Assembly: GCA_024653825.1 (NCBI GenBank)
Contig: JANLHF010000003.1
Span: forward strand, 1-42,916
Direction of reading: 5' to 3'
DNA length: 42,916 nt
Origin: Patescibacteria group bacterium
GTDB lineage: Bacteria; Patescibacteriota; Minisyncoccia; Phycocordibacterales; Phycocordibacteraceae
Part shown: positions 26,556 to 36,607 of the stretch, in pieces
Layout of the letters: each line of letters opens with the position of its first letter
How positions within the stretch are numbered: position 1 is the first letter of the stretch
Program-made: the position numbers and the translations under genes
The notes under the pieces: generated by a model
Database searches by the model: none
The model's input: the letters and a program-made list of their open reading frames with translations, nothing else
Told to the model about the DNA's origin: nothing

Positions 26556-27291
26556 AAAGTGGTTTTTTTGCGATAATGATGAGACTGAGACCGAACCTAA
26601 AATCAATAAAGTGTTCAACCGAAGCAAGCCACCACGAAATCATTCTTCTCAAACTTTTTTTCGCTCCTTTTACATTTTTGTTTGCACGGTAGCTCACAAC
26701 CAGTTCTCGATGGAGGATTTTTTCAGCAAACCAGTAAGGCAGAAAGGCGAGCGCGTTCCAATGTCGTGTTTCCTGGATTGTAAATCCGACACTCGAGATT
26801 TTTGAAAACAACTCTTCTTTGCCGTATCGCCGATAATGTCCCATCGCGACATCTCGTTTGCCGTAGAGAATTTGATGTGCGGGGACAACGAGAACCAGTT
26901 GTCCGCCCGGAACAAGTTTTTTGTATATCTTGTGCAGTGCCGCGACATCGTCTTCAACGTGTTCAAGAACATCGAGGAGCGTAATGGTATCAAAGACCCC
27001 CGGTACCTCTTCGAGAGACTCTACGGTCTTTTCTGCAATGGAGATTGCGGGATAGCGCTTCCGCAACAGAGTTGCCAATTCGTGGTTTGGCTCAACACCG
27101 AAGACCCTTTTCCCCTTTTTGGCGAGTTCGCCCAAGAGAAACCCACTCCCACATCCGATATCAAGGACCGTTGTACCTACTACCTTGGGCAGTACAAGCG
27201 CTATCAAGGTTGAATTGCGCAAATCTGCGCTTGTTCCGGTACCTTCCTCGCTATAGTGGTCGGCGAGACGTTTCTCAGCTGTAGATGGCAT
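26542..27291 (-). CDS. Class I SAM methyltransferase (start ~27291)
   Basis: VLDIGCGSG; FDTITLLDVLEHVEDD; VPAHQILYGKRD..GHYRRY. Confidence 0.88.
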   Translation of the reverse strand: MPSTAEKRLADHYSEEGTGTSADLRNSTLIALVLPKVVGTTVLDIGCGSGFLLGELAKKGKRVFGVEPNHELATLLRKRYPAISIAEKTVESLEEVPGVFDTITLLDVLEHVEDDVAALHKIYKKLVPGGQLVLVVPAHQILYGKRDVAMGHYRRYGKEELFSKISSVGFTIQETRHWNALAFLPYWFAEKILHRELVVSYRANKNVKGAKKSLRRMISWWLASVEHFIDFRFGLSLIIIAKKPLSTKS

Positions 27292-27375
27292 TGACGATAC
27301 TCTACTACATATCACTGTGAACGGCCCATACAAATCATTGAATAAGGGGGTGAAATACGGCATAATCGAGGGATA

Positions 27376-28302
27376 ATGATTTCCGTCGTCATTCCCTCCC
27401 ATAACGAAGAGGAAGCCGTTGGGTCGCTCCATGCTGAGCTGGTGAAGGTGCTGTCCGCCATGGGGAACCCGTTTGAAATCATCTGGGTGGATGATGGGTC
27501 AACGGACCGTACCTATGAAAAACTCTCTTCGCTTTCTCCGGTTACTATTATCCAGTTTCGCCGTCGTTTCGGCCAAACGGCAGCGATGGACGCCGGAATC
27601 AAACAAGCCAAGGGCGAATATATTGTGACAATGGATGGCGACGGGCAGAATGATCCCGCGGATATTCCTCGGCTTGTTGATGCGCTTGAACAGGGATCCA
27701 ACGATCTCATTGCCGGATGGCGCAAATATCGCAAAGACCCGTTTATGAAAAAGATTTCATCGAGGGCGGCGGCCATTGTTCGAAGTATCATTCTCCACGA
27801 CGGGATTCACGACAGCGGCTGCTCTTTAAAAATCTACAAGCGCGAATGTTTCGAGAATGTGGACCTCACGGGCGAGATGCATCGCTTTATCCCGGCGATT
27901 CTCGCGACGCGCGGATTTAGAGTAGGGGAGTTAACGGTCAATCACCGCCCTCGCGCGCACGGGGAAACAAAATATACATGGTCGCGCGGCATAAAAGGTC
28001 TGCTTGATATGGTGGCAGTATTTTTCTGGCGCGTCTACGCTAATCGCCCGTTGCATCTCTTTGGGGGCGTCGGTGTTGTCCTCATTGTTTTTTCCGCACT
28101 TGCCGGCCTCTTTGCTACATATGAGAAATTCGTATTCGGGGTCGATCTTTCTAACAACTTCCTCGCAACACTTTCGGTCTTCGGAATCCTCACCGGCATT
28201 CAGCTTTTGGTTGCAGGTCTTCTTGCCGATATGGTGGCGAAATTGTACGTTGCGCAAGGAAGGTCGCAGGCGTATACAATCAAAGACGTAATAACCCGAT
28301 AG
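27376..28302 (+). CDS. GT2 polyprenol-phosphate glycosyltransferase (GtrB/ArnC-like, C-terminal TMs)
   Basis: VDDGSTDRT, FGQTAA, MDGDGQNDP, DSGCSLK, GEMHRFIP, HRPRAHGETKY, RPLHLFG. Confidence 0.92.
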   Translation: MISVVIPSHNEEEAVGSLHAELVKVLSAMGNPFEIIWVDDGSTDRTYEKLSSLSPVTIIQFRRRFGQTAAMDAGIKQAKGEYIVTMDGDGQNDPADIPRLVDALEQGSNDLIAGWRKYRKDPFMKKISSRAAAIVRSIILHDGIHDSGCSLKIYKRECFENVDLTGEMHRFIPAILATRGFRVGELTVNHRPRAHGETKYTWSRGIKGLLDMVAVFFWRVYANRPLHLFGGVGVVLIVFSALAGLFATYEKFVFGVDLSNNFLATLSVFGILTGIQLLVAGLLADMVAKLYVAQGRSQAYTIKDVITR

Positions 28303-28312
28303 CACTTGAGGT

Positions 28313-30052
28313 ATGCATGTCCCTAAGATAGTGACAAACCATAAATGGGCGATTGTTCTCGCAGTGTTTGTTGCTCTTATCGTTTCTGCTCCGCAGGTCG
28401 CTTTTCGTATTCAGCACGCACACGACGGCATCTATCAGGGTATAGAACTCCTGCCGGACAATTCGTGGCCGCCGCGCGTACGCGAAATAATGGATGGACA
28501 CGGGTTTGGGAGCATCTATTTCAAAGAGGGGAAGAGTGATCCGTATCTTTTCCAGCCACTCGGTTCTATGACCGTGGCATATATGGGAGAAGCGTTCGGT
28601 CTCAATATCAACGATACTCTTCTGTTTGCGAGGTTCGTTCTCTCCTTCGTTGTTTTTCTTCTCATCTACAGCTTTGTTTTCCTGTTGTCTAGAAGCAGAC
28701 TTGTGGCACTCTCTGGTGCCTCAGTATTTTTGTTCGCGGATTCGATAACGAATCTCTCCGGTCTTAAAAGTTTACTTGCTGGTGTGAGCCCCTCTAATTT
28801 CTTAAATATCGATTTGCCAGTCAATCCGGCGATGATATACATCCCCCCTTTCTTATTTTTAGTGTCTTTTTGGTTGTTCTATAAAAAGGGGGGTTATAAA
28901 TGGGGAATAGCGAGTGCGATATTTCTCGGTTTAAACTTCTACGCGTACTTTTATTCGTGGACATACCTCTATGCTTTCGGGGGTATTTTAGTTTTGTTAT
29001 ATCTCGTGCAGAAAAAATGGTCAGAAGCAGTCCGTATAGGAAGTGTATTTCTCGGTGCTTTAGTGATGGCCATCCCTTATGGAATCAATCTATATCGCGC
29101 TTCTCAATATTCGACATTTGCAGACGTCGGCATGCGACAGGGCATACTCTTCACTCATGCTCCTTTGTTTGTTGGAATTGTCGTTGTTGTCGCGCTGCTG
29201 ATTTTCCTAGGAGGATTCCCTCGGGAGGATAGAGAAAGGTACCTGTTCGGACTCGCCCTGCTTCTAGCGCCCTTCATCACGATGAACCAGCAAATTTTGA
29301 CAGGCAAGATTATGCAGGAGGCTCACTATCATTGGTACTTCCACAAGCCGATGGCTGTTCTGTTTGTTATTATTATTGTTTTTTATCTTCTCAGTCGTCT
29401 CAAAACAGGTTGGTATAAGCAGACTGTCGCTATAGTGATGATAGTGTCGAGTTTCGCTCTAGGGATTTTTATACAAGTCAATTCTTTCACGAGTAATCGT
29501 GGCGATGCTGGCGCGATTGCTATCGAGCGGCAGAAATACGGGCCGGTTATGGATTGGCTCAACCAGAACGCCACCAAAGAAGATGTCGTCCTCTCAAATG
29601 ACCCCATATCGTATCTGGTAACTATCTATACTTCTCTAAATATCTATTATTGCCGTGCTGATCTTTATTCGCTTTCTGCGACCAATGAACGTTTGCGCGA
29701 TATTCTCTTCACGCTCTATCGGCTACGGGGTGTCGGTAAGGAAGAGGTACAGAAAGTATTTTATGCGGAACGCAAGTTCATTTCGCTCAATCTCTACGGC
29801 ATCTATTATCGCCAACTTTCTGGCTCATATGAGGCTATTCCCGATGAAGAACTCAATCGGACCATTGCGCTCTACGAGGAGACACTCGCTACGCCAACCG
29901 AAGAGTGGTTGAAGCAGAAGATGACACAGTACGAAGTGAATTATGTCATCTGGGATAAAAAATCCGATCCTGACTGGCAACTGCAAAAGTATCCGTTCCT
30001 GCATGAAGCCGCCGTTTTCGGCGATATCGTTATTTATCAATTTCAGAAATGA
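28313..30052 (+). CDS. Polytopic membrane protein, putative GT-C-type glycosyltransferase
   Basis: Multiple TMs, first loop PPRVREIMDGH, C-terminal WLNQNATKEDVVLSND..YEVNYVIWDK; paralog of 23898-25541. Confidence 0.6.
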   Translation: MHVPKIVTNHKWAIVLAVFVALIVSAPQVAFRIQHAHDGIYQGIELLPDNSWPPRVREIMDGHGFGSIYFKEGKSDPYLFQPLGSMTVAYMGEAFGLNINDTLLFARFVLSFVVFLLIYSFVFLLSRSRLVALSGASVFLFADSITNLSGLKSLLAGVSPSNFLNIDLPVNPAMIYIPPFLFLVSFWLFYKKGGYKWGIASAIFLGLNFYAYFYSWTYLYAFGGILVLLYLVQKKWSEAVRIGSVFLGALVMAIPYGINLYRASQYSTFADVGMRQGILFTHAPLFVGIVVVVALLIFLGGFPREDRERYLFGLALLLAPFITMNQQILTGKIMQEAHYHWYFHKPMAVLFVIIIVFYLLSRLKTGWYKQTVAIVMIVSSFALGIFIQVNSFTSNRGDAGAIAIERQKYGPVMDWLNQNATKEDVVLSNDPISYLVTIYTSLNIYYCRADLYSLSATNERLRDILFTLYRLRGVGKEEVQKVFYAERKFISLNLYGIYYRQLSGSYEAIPDEELNRTIALYEETLATPTEEWLKQKMTQYEVNYVIWDKKSDPDWQLQKYPFLHEAAVFGDIVIYQFQK

Positions 30053-31254
30053 AGATCGTATTTTTACAGGATGACTTTCCACCGACGAGCTTCGGCGGTG
30101 CGGGGATTTCTACCTACGAGCTTGCCAAAGGTGTGCAGAAAGCTGGTCACGAGGTCTTTGTCATTACGACGGTACGGAATGAAAGTGAAGCAGGGAAGTC
30201 GGAATATGATGGCCTCACTGTGTATAAGATAGCGAGCGACTACGATGGGCGGTGGCGTGCGTGGGTTAGTCTGTACAATCGGCCGGTTGTCCGACAGGTG
30301 GAAGCGTTGTTAAGGCACATACGGCCGGATGTTGTGCACGTCAATAACGTACACAACTATCTTTCATACCACTGCATAAAAATTGCGAAGCGATATGCCA
30401 AAGAGGTCGTGTGGACCGCACGTGACGCGATGGCCTTCAGCTATGGGAAACTTTGCACAAAAAGATATCTGGGACATCTTGATGCTCGGCTTACGTGGCG
30501 TGACAATATACGACAAGCGAAGCTGCGTTACAATCCGCTACGGAATTTCTGCATAAAAAAATATCTAGCATACGCGGATAAGCGTTTCGCGGTGAGCGAC
30601 GCTCTTTCACAGGCGCTCGAACAAAATGGCATTCATCATGTAACAACCTTGCATACGGGTATTGATGTTGATGAATGGCAGGCGAGCGACGATGTTGTGG
30701 CAACATTCCGTAAAAAATATGATTTAGGAAGTAAAAAGGTGATTCTCTTCGGCGGGCGGCTGGGTGCCGGAGTGCAGGTCGTGCGGGCTATGCAGCTGCT
30801 TGCGCGTGTGGAGCCTACTGTTCTTTTGGTTATGGGAAGGGAGGAAAACACCGAACGGATGAAAACTGAAAGCATAGGCCTTGACGTGGTCTATACTGGC
30901 TGGCTCGCGGGAGAAGAAAAGATTGCCGCCTATAATGCCTCGGACATCGTGTGGGTGCCTTCACCCTATTTTGATGCCTTTCCGCGTTCGGCACTTGAGG
31001 CGTCAGCGTCGGGGAAGCCAGTTATTGTTACAAACTATGGTGGAGCGCCTGAGTTGGTGCGAGACGGCGAGACGGGCTACGTCGTCAACCCGCTTCACCC
31101 TCAAGAAATCGCTGACAAGACGCTTGACCTGTTACAGCATCCGGGGAAGGCCGCTGCCTTCGGCAGAGCCGGTTTAGGGCGCGTTAAGAAGGACTTCAAC
31201 TTAGACGACTACGTTGCGCGGTATCTTACTCAGTATCAAGCGCTGCTTGGGTAA
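30049..31254 (+). CDS. Glycosyltransferase family 4
   Basis: FPPTSFGGAG; PSPYFDAFPRSALEASASGKPV. Confidence 0.9.
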   Translation: MKIVFLQDDFPPTSFGGAGISTYELAKGVQKAGHEVFVITTVRNESEAGKSEYDGLTVYKIASDYDGRWRAWVSLYNRPVVRQVEALLRHIRPDVVHVNNVHNYLSYHCIKIAKRYAKEVVWTARDAMAFSYGKLCTKRYLGHLDARLTWRDNIRQAKLRYNPLRNFCIKKYLAYADKRFAVSDALSQALEQNGIHHVTTLHTGIDVDEWQASDDVVATFRKKYDLGSKKVILFGGRLGAGVQVVRAMQLLARVEPTVLLVMGREENTERMKTESIGLDVVYTGWLAGEEKIAAYNASDIVWVPSPYFDAFPRSALEASASGKPVIVTNYGGAPELVRDGETGYVVNPLHPQEIADKTLDLLQHPGKAAAFGRAGLGRVKKDFNLDDYVARYLTQYQALLG

Positions 31255-32407
31255 ATACCGCTAGCGTCTCTTTCGCTGCTTTCTCCCAGGAAAACAGTTT
31301 TGCGCGTTCGTGACCTTTTCGGATTAATTCGCCACGAAGATGGTCGTCTGTGAGCACTTTTTCTATAGCACTCGCTAGATCTTGTGCATCGCCTGTTTTT
31401 ATGAGCAACCCTGCTCCGTCTACCACTTCGGTAATGCTTGAATTATCAGCCGCTATGACTGGAAGTCCTAACTGAAATGCTTCAACTAATGGGATGCCGA
31501 AACCCTCAAAGGCCGACGGGAACACCAATGCCTTTGCTTTTGTAAAAAGCGCATAAAGATTCCCGCCGAAAAGAAATCCCGAGAACGACACGCGTCCCTG
31601 CAAACCCTCCGATTCAGCCAGCAGTTCCAATTCTTTTTTAAAGCCTCCGCCTTTAACCGTACCAGCACACACTACGTGTAATGAAGGGAAACGGTCTTTC
31701 AGTATCCCAAGTGCTCGAATAAGAACGCGGTGATTCTTGTGCGGCCATAGTGCCGCCGGATAAAAGATGAACTCTTTCGGAAAATCGAAGTCAGTCGGAC
31801 CTTTTTTAATCTCTTGTGGGGCAAAGTAGATCACCGTTATTTTGTCCGGAGCGGCGGCGCATTTATCTACGAGCGACTTCTTTGTGTATTCGGATATGGC
31901 GATGAGACGGTCTGAATGTTCGACGGCGTATGCAAAATCTACCCTTCTTTTTGCAAGATACGCAGACGAAAAGTTTTCGGGAAAATATTCGTGCTGGAGG
32001 TCCATAATTGCCGTTACCTTTTTTACCGCGTCAAGACCGCGAGGGAATACTGTTGACGCTGGCGAAAAATACACGTCGATTGTTTCTTTACGTATTACGT
32101 CTCGGATTTCCTCGGCGATGATGCTTTCGCGAGTACGATAGTCGCGTCGTATCTTCGCCACAATCTTCTTTATCGCTCTGATGGGATTAGCCACAAGATC
32201 GTGCTTGATGCCAAAAACACGGTACTTGACGTTGGGGAGGTGTCCATACAACAGTCTGAAGTAGTCGACCGATTCAGATTCTCCAAAAAGATAATAGGTA
32301 TTTTTTTCGTCCGCCTTGAAAAGGGCTGGCAGAATTTGCTGAATATACACAAAAGCACCGGTAACACTTTTCGGCGAAGTTAAAAAAAGATTTACTGCGA
32401 TTTTCAT
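31226..32407 (-). CDS. Glycosyltransferase family 4 (WbdA/MtfB-like)
   Basis: IMDLQHEYFPE; YPAALWPHKNH; PSAFEGFGIPLVEAF. Confidence 0.92.
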   Translation of the reverse strand: MKIAVNLFLTSPKSVTGAFVYIQQILPALFKADEKNTYYLFGESESVDYFRLLYGHLPNVKYRVFGIKHDLVANPIRAIKKIVAKIRRDYRTRESIIAEEIRDVIRKETIDVYFSPASTVFPRGLDAVKKVTAIMDLQHEYFPENFSSAYLAKRRVDFAYAVEHSDRLIAISEYTKKSLVDKCAAAPDKITVIYFAPQEIKKGPTDFDFPKEFIFYPAALWPHKNHRVLIRALGILKDRFPSLHVVCAGTVKGGGFKKELELLAESEGLQGRVSFSGFLFGGNLYALFTKAKALVFPSAFEGFGIPLVEAFQLGLPVIAADNSSITEVVDGAGLLIKTGDAQDLASAIEKVLTDDHLRGELIRKGHERAKLFSWEKAAKETLAVFTQAALDTE

Positions 32408-32880
32408 GCGTGTGGCGGAAGGATATTTTTCTGCAGAGAGCGCAGAAAGCCTGCTTGCCCCGGGTAGATATTTTTTGGTGCCTTCGAAAAATATCGAAAT
32501 TTCTCAGCTTGGGAAGACCCCTGTATCTTTTTGTTTGCTAATTTTACCCAAAACGCCAGACTTATGGAATGGCGTTTGTTAGAATTCTGGATTTCTCGAA
32601 GGAACTCCATATGGCCCAACATAGCATGGACGACCACTTTCGATCCGAGTTCGGCTACTGCGATTCTTTGAATAGCTTTACTAATAGGTTCTCTAAAACG
32701 TACTCTTCCGCCCGGGAAATGCCATGTATTCTTGTTGGGTTCGATTTTCCTTAATGACAGCAAGATGTCCCCTCGATCGTTTCTAACGACAAGGTCGATA
32801 CAGAGCCTCGGAACGCGAGAATAGATGAAATTATAGTCTTCATCCGTCAATGTGGCGGTTTTTCTGGTTCTTTTGTCCAT
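32404..32880 (-). CDS. NUDIX hydrolase, GDP-mannose mannosyl hydrolase (Gmm/WcaH)-like
   Basis: PRLCIDLVVRNDRGDILLSLRKIEP..WHFPGGRVRFREPISKAIQRIAVAELG, the Gmm-type modified NUDIX box; likely start 32880. Confidence 0.75.
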   Translation of the reverse strand: MDKRTRKTATLTDEDYNFIYSRVPRLCIDLVVRNDRGDILLSLRKIEPNKNTWHFPGGRVRFREPISKAIQRIAVAELGSKVVVHAMLGHMEFLREIQNSNKRHSISLAFWVKLANKKIQGSSQAEKFRYFSKAPKNIYPGQAGFLRSLQKNILPPHA

Positions 32881-32937
32881 TTTGTGAGTGTCTTTTAAAT
32901 TTAACACTTTCAGATTATACTGGCGACTATATACGTT

Positions 32938-34026
32938 ATGGTTACGATAAAAAAGATATCGAAAACAAGAGGCAAGAAGAAACTCCTCATCACCGGTGGA
33001 GCTGGCTTTATTGGTGTCAATGCCGCTAAACACTTTTTACAGAAGGGTTATGATGTCACTATCTTCGACAATTTTTCTCGAAGAGGTTCCAGCATAAACC
33101 TGCAACTTCTGAAGAAAGAGACGAGAGGAATAAAAGGAAGTCCAAGGGTCGTACGAGGAGACGTTGTCACAGATGCAAAGGCGCTTGGTCGCGAAGTGAA
33201 TAAGGCAGACGTCGTCCTTCATCTTGCAGCTCAGGTGGCGGTCACGACCTCAATTGTCGACCCTCGTGCCGACTTTGAGACGAATACCATTGGTACTTTC
33301 AATGTACTTGAGGCCGCCCGCCTTTCGAAGAAGAGACCCATCCTTCTCTACTCCTCAACAAACAAGGTCTACGGTTCTTTACCGCACCTTTCGGTAAAGG
33401 AACTGAAGACACGGTATGTCTTTGATTCGCGTCGTCATGCCAAGTATGGCGTTGGAGAGAATGAGCAACTCGACTTCCATTCGCCCTACGGTTGTTCGAA
33501 GGGTGCTGCCGATCAGTATGTCATCGACTACAGCCGCATCTACGGTCTCCAGACGGTCGTTTTCCGCCAATCGTGCATCTATGGGCCATCTCAGTTCGGC
33601 GTTGAGGATCAAGGCTGGGTCGCGTGGTTCACCATCGCAGTTCTTCTTGGTCGCCCCATCACTCTCTACGGTTCGGGCAAACAGGTGCGTGATCTTCTCC
33701 ATGTTTCTGATCTCGTGCAACTATACGATCTTGCTATCAAGAATATTAAGCGCACGAGCGGCTCGGCCTACAATGTAGGGGGCGGACCTTCTAACACGAT
33801 CTCACTTATTGAACTTATGGCTCATCTTGAGGAACGAATGGGTAAGAAGATACGGCCGAAACACTCAGGCGTACGCGCGGGCGACCAACCCGTCTTCATT
33901 GCGGATATTCGTCGGCTCAAGGATGACCTCGGATGGAAGCCATGCCACTCAGTGCTTAAAGGATGGGAAGATATGTATCAATGGATCGTGCTCCACGAAG
34001 CAGACATCCGCAAAGTACTTAAGTAA
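32938..34026 (+). CDS. rfbE: CDP-paratose 2-epimerase (RfbE)-like extended SDR
   Basis: TGGAGFIG, DNFSRRGS, QVAVTTS, SSTNKVYG, SPYGCSKGAADQY, FRQSCIYG..FGVEDQGWVAWF. Confidence 0.8.
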   Translation: MVTIKKISKTRGKKKLLITGGAGFIGVNAAKHFLQKGYDVTIFDNFSRRGSSINLQLLKKETRGIKGSPRVVRGDVVTDAKALGREVNKADVVLHLAAQVAVTTSIVDPRADFETNTIGTFNVLEAARLSKKRPILLYSSTNKVYGSLPHLSVKELKTRYVFDSRRHAKYGVGENEQLDFHSPYGCSKGAADQYVIDYSRIYGLQTVVFRQSCIYGPSQFGVEDQGWVAWFTIAVLLGRPITLYGSGKQVRDLLHVSDLVQLYDLAIKNIKRTSGSAYNVGGGPSNTISLIELMAHLEERMGKKIRPKHSGVRAGDQPVFIADIRRLKDDLGWKPCHSVLKGWEDMYQWIVLHEADIRKVLK

Positions 34027-34034
34027 ACATTTTC

Positions 34035-34691
34035 TTATTTTTTGTATCCGACGAGGATTATATTTCCGGAAAACATCGCTCGATGGTCGAGACCGACTAC
34101 TTTTGCCAAGACTCTTTGTGCCAGCTTTATGAGCGGGTTCCGTAAGTTTGGATGATACTTGACTTTGATATCGTCAAAACCGGCGATGCGGAACAGGGTG
34201 AGTGCCAGTTTCTTACTGAAGGCGAATTCGTGGGTCAGGTCAGAGAAGTAGACTTGGACGCCGAGCGGACTGTCTGCGTTCGGAACTTCCATAATCAGCA
34301 TTCCGCCCCGTCGTAATTTCTTGTGTATGAGGTTCAGGAGATACTGCACGCGGTCTTTTTTTACATGCTCAACAATATTGAACGCTGTTACAACATCAAA
34401 GCACCCGTCCTCCTTTGACTCGAGGAAGTCAAATATATCGCCAGTGGAGATATTCTTCAGGCCAAGCTCCTTATCGGCATACTTCGCAAAGGCGTCGATC
34501 GCCTCCACTCCTTCACAGTTCTCGTACCCTGTTTTTTTACATGCGTCGAGGAATAATCCGTAGCCACACCCGATGTCGAGGATTTTGGACGCCTTATCTT
34601 TCGGGAACAAGGGTTCAATGAATCTGCTTCTGTATTCAATTAACCTGCGTCGTTTCAGTGGTTCATCCGGCTCTGAATAAAAGTCTTCCAT
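34035..34691 (-). CDS. Class I SAM methyltransferase
   Basis: ILDIGCGYG; FDVVTAFNIVEH; EVPNA..DLTHEFAF. Confidence 0.9.
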   Translation of the reverse strand: MEDFYSEPDEPLKRRRLIEYRSRFIEPLFPKDKASKILDIGCGYGLFLDACKKTGYENCEGVEAIDAFAKYADKELGLKNISTGDIFDFLESKEDGCFDVVTAFNIVEHVKKDRVQYLLNLIHKKLRRGGMLIMEVPNADSPLGVQVYFSDLTHEFAFSKKLALTLFRIAGFDDIKVKYHPNLRNPLIKLAQRVLAKVVGLDHRAMFSGNIILVGYKK

Positions 34692-34758
34692 AACAGATAG
34701 TGTACGAGACTCTGTGGCTTTTCACAAACGACCTCTTCCTGTATGCTTTCTCGCATCT

Positions 34759-35418
34759 ATGCCCGTAGGCGCGTACCAACAGCTAAGTACCATTGCGGAC
34801 CTTATCGTCCGCATCAATCCGCAAAAAACGCTTGATGTCGGAATGGGCTTCGGGACCTACGGTGTGCTAGTGCGCGAATATCTGGATCTTTGGGACAACG
34901 CGAATGAATCAAAAATGTACGCGTGGAAGCGGACACTTGATGGGATTGAGATTTTCGAAAAATACATAACGCCATCGCATCGTTTCCTCTACGACAATAT
35001 TTATATTGGTGATGCACGAGCTATTATTCCTACGCTAGAAAAGCACTACGATTTGGTCATTTTTATGGATGTGATAGAACATATGACCCTCGCTGATGGT
35101 AAAAAGCTCCTCTCCAACATTCTCTCTGTTTCCGGCAATGTGATTGTTTCAACGCCAAAAAATGCAAAAGAGCAGGGCGCACAATACGGGAACGAGCATG
35201 AACGGCATATTTCACAATGGAGCGAAAAAGATTTTAAAGAATTTGGCGACTGTCTGTTTATCCCAAACGATGGTGGCTCAATCATTTGTTGCATCGGCAC
35301 GGCCGTTCCGCGACTTCGGAGAGAACTGTTCTCGTTCAAAAAGAGAATGCATTCTCTTTTTCCTTTTGCTGTCCTGTTGTATAGAAAAATAAAAAAAGCG
35401 GTGCGCGCTATTTTTTAA
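34759..35418 (+). CDS. Class I SAM methyltransferase (start 34759 or GTG 34714)
   Basis: TLDVGMGFGTYG; LDGIEIF; YDLVIFMDVIEH; NEHERHISQW. Confidence 0.85.
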   Translation: MPVGAYQQLSTIADLIVRINPQKTLDVGMGFGTYGVLVREYLDLWDNANESKMYAWKRTLDGIEIFEKYITPSHRFLYDNIYIGDARAIIPTLEKHYDLVIFMDVIEHMTLADGKKLLSNILSVSGNVIVSTPKNAKEQGAQYGNEHERHISQWSEKDFKEFGDCLFIPNDGGSIICCIGTAVPRLRRELFSFKKRMHSLFPFAVLLYRKIKKAVRAIF

Positions 35419-36607
35419 GGGCACGTTCAAGGGCGGCGTCCATACTTTTTGTAAACGCCTCTCTGGAACAGGTTGTGAGCGCAAAAGCTTGCGTCGCTTT
35501 TATTTCTTTTTTCAGAACATCGTCGGAGAGTTCGAGTGCGGCGCGAGCCAGTCGTTCCACTTCCTCCACCGACAATTCAGCGAAGTACATTCCGGCACCT
35601 TCGGGCAGGTCAATACCGGTTTCGTGGCTGATAAGAGGGTAAAGTCCCGCCTGCATCATCGTGCCGACGGCGGTGGAAATGGATTCGGTGCAGGTCGGTG
35701 CAATGAAACAGAAGCATCGACGCATAAGGTCGGCGAACGCTTTGCTGTTCGGGTTTAGGTATCCGTGGAGCGTGATGTTTGGCGTTTCCAAGAGCTCCTT
35801 CCGATATATTTTCATAAAGTCCGGCTCTGTCTGTGGCAGTCCGATGATGTTCAGTTTCCAGTCGGGATGCTTCGCAAAGGCCTCCAACACAAGGTCAAGT
35901 CCTTTGCGTACGGCGCCATTACCGAAGTACCACACGAATTCACGTTCCGGCGGCGCGTACTCCTCTTCGGTTTTGACGTGATAGAGCAATGAAGCGGAAA
36001 CTGGTATGAGATCTATTTTAGAGTGAAAACGTTTCGGGTATGTATTGAGAACAACGCTATTCCCACCCATAATACAGCGATCGGCAAGTGCAAGTGTTTT
36101 CTCCTGCAATCGCTCATAGGGCTCTTGTCGTTTGGGGAAGTAGAGCGCGCCGGACCGGCGCTTTTCAAGCGCCGCAATTTGCTCAAGTTCCGAGCGGTTG
36201 TTTTGTTCTATTGAGCTGATATTCATATGCCAGATCTTAATGATGTTCTCTGGCGGATCTTTTGCATAAGCGACCAAACGATACAGCTCTCCCGTCAGTG
36301 CGAAAATCACATCATATCGTTCCTGCGGAATAAATGTGCGGTTCGTGAAGTGGATGACGTCCACCGCATAACCTCGCTTCAAAAAAAGCGACACAATCAT
36401 ACTGCTCTCCCACGGTCCACTGTGGTAATCAAACATCGGATGGTCCGGAGGTAGGCCCGCCGACGTAAGCGCATAGGAAATAAGCACGCGTCCGATTGGC
36501 GCATGTCCTTTGGGGAGAAGGCGGACCGACTTAAAGTATTTACGCTGAAAGGCGAGCGGGAGGAGATGCCGATGCTTTTTCAGAAAGTTTTTAACTGCGG
36601 TTTTCAT
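35408..36607 (-). CDS. GT4-like glycosyltransferase
   Basis: GNGAVRKGLDLVLEAF; PTCTESISTAVGTMMQAGL; TGtTACCAT extended -10 supports start 36607. Confidence 0.8.
   Translation of the reverse strand: MKTAVKNFLKKHRHLLPLAFQRKYFKSVRLLPKGHAPIGRVLISYALTSAGLPPDHPMFDYHSGPWESSMIVSLFLKRGYAVDVIHFTNRTFIPQERYDVIFALTGELYRLVAYAKDPPENIIKIWHMNISSIEQNNRSELEQIAALEKRRSGALYFPKRQEPYERLQEKTLALADRCIMGGNSVVLNTYPKRFHSKIDLIPVSASLLYHVKTEEEYAPPEREFVWYFGNGAVRKGLDLVLEAFAKHPDWKLNIIGLPQTEPDFMKIYRKELLETPNITLHGYLNPNSKAFADLMRRCFCFIAPTCTESISTAVGTMMQAGLYPLISHETGIDLPEGAGMYFAELSVEEVERLARAALELSDDVLKKEIKATQAFALTTCSREAFTKSMDAALERALKK

Noticed and set aside
32881-33033. N-terminal extension of the NUDIX ORF
   Set aside because: Overlaps the rfbE-like start; homology begins after Met 32880
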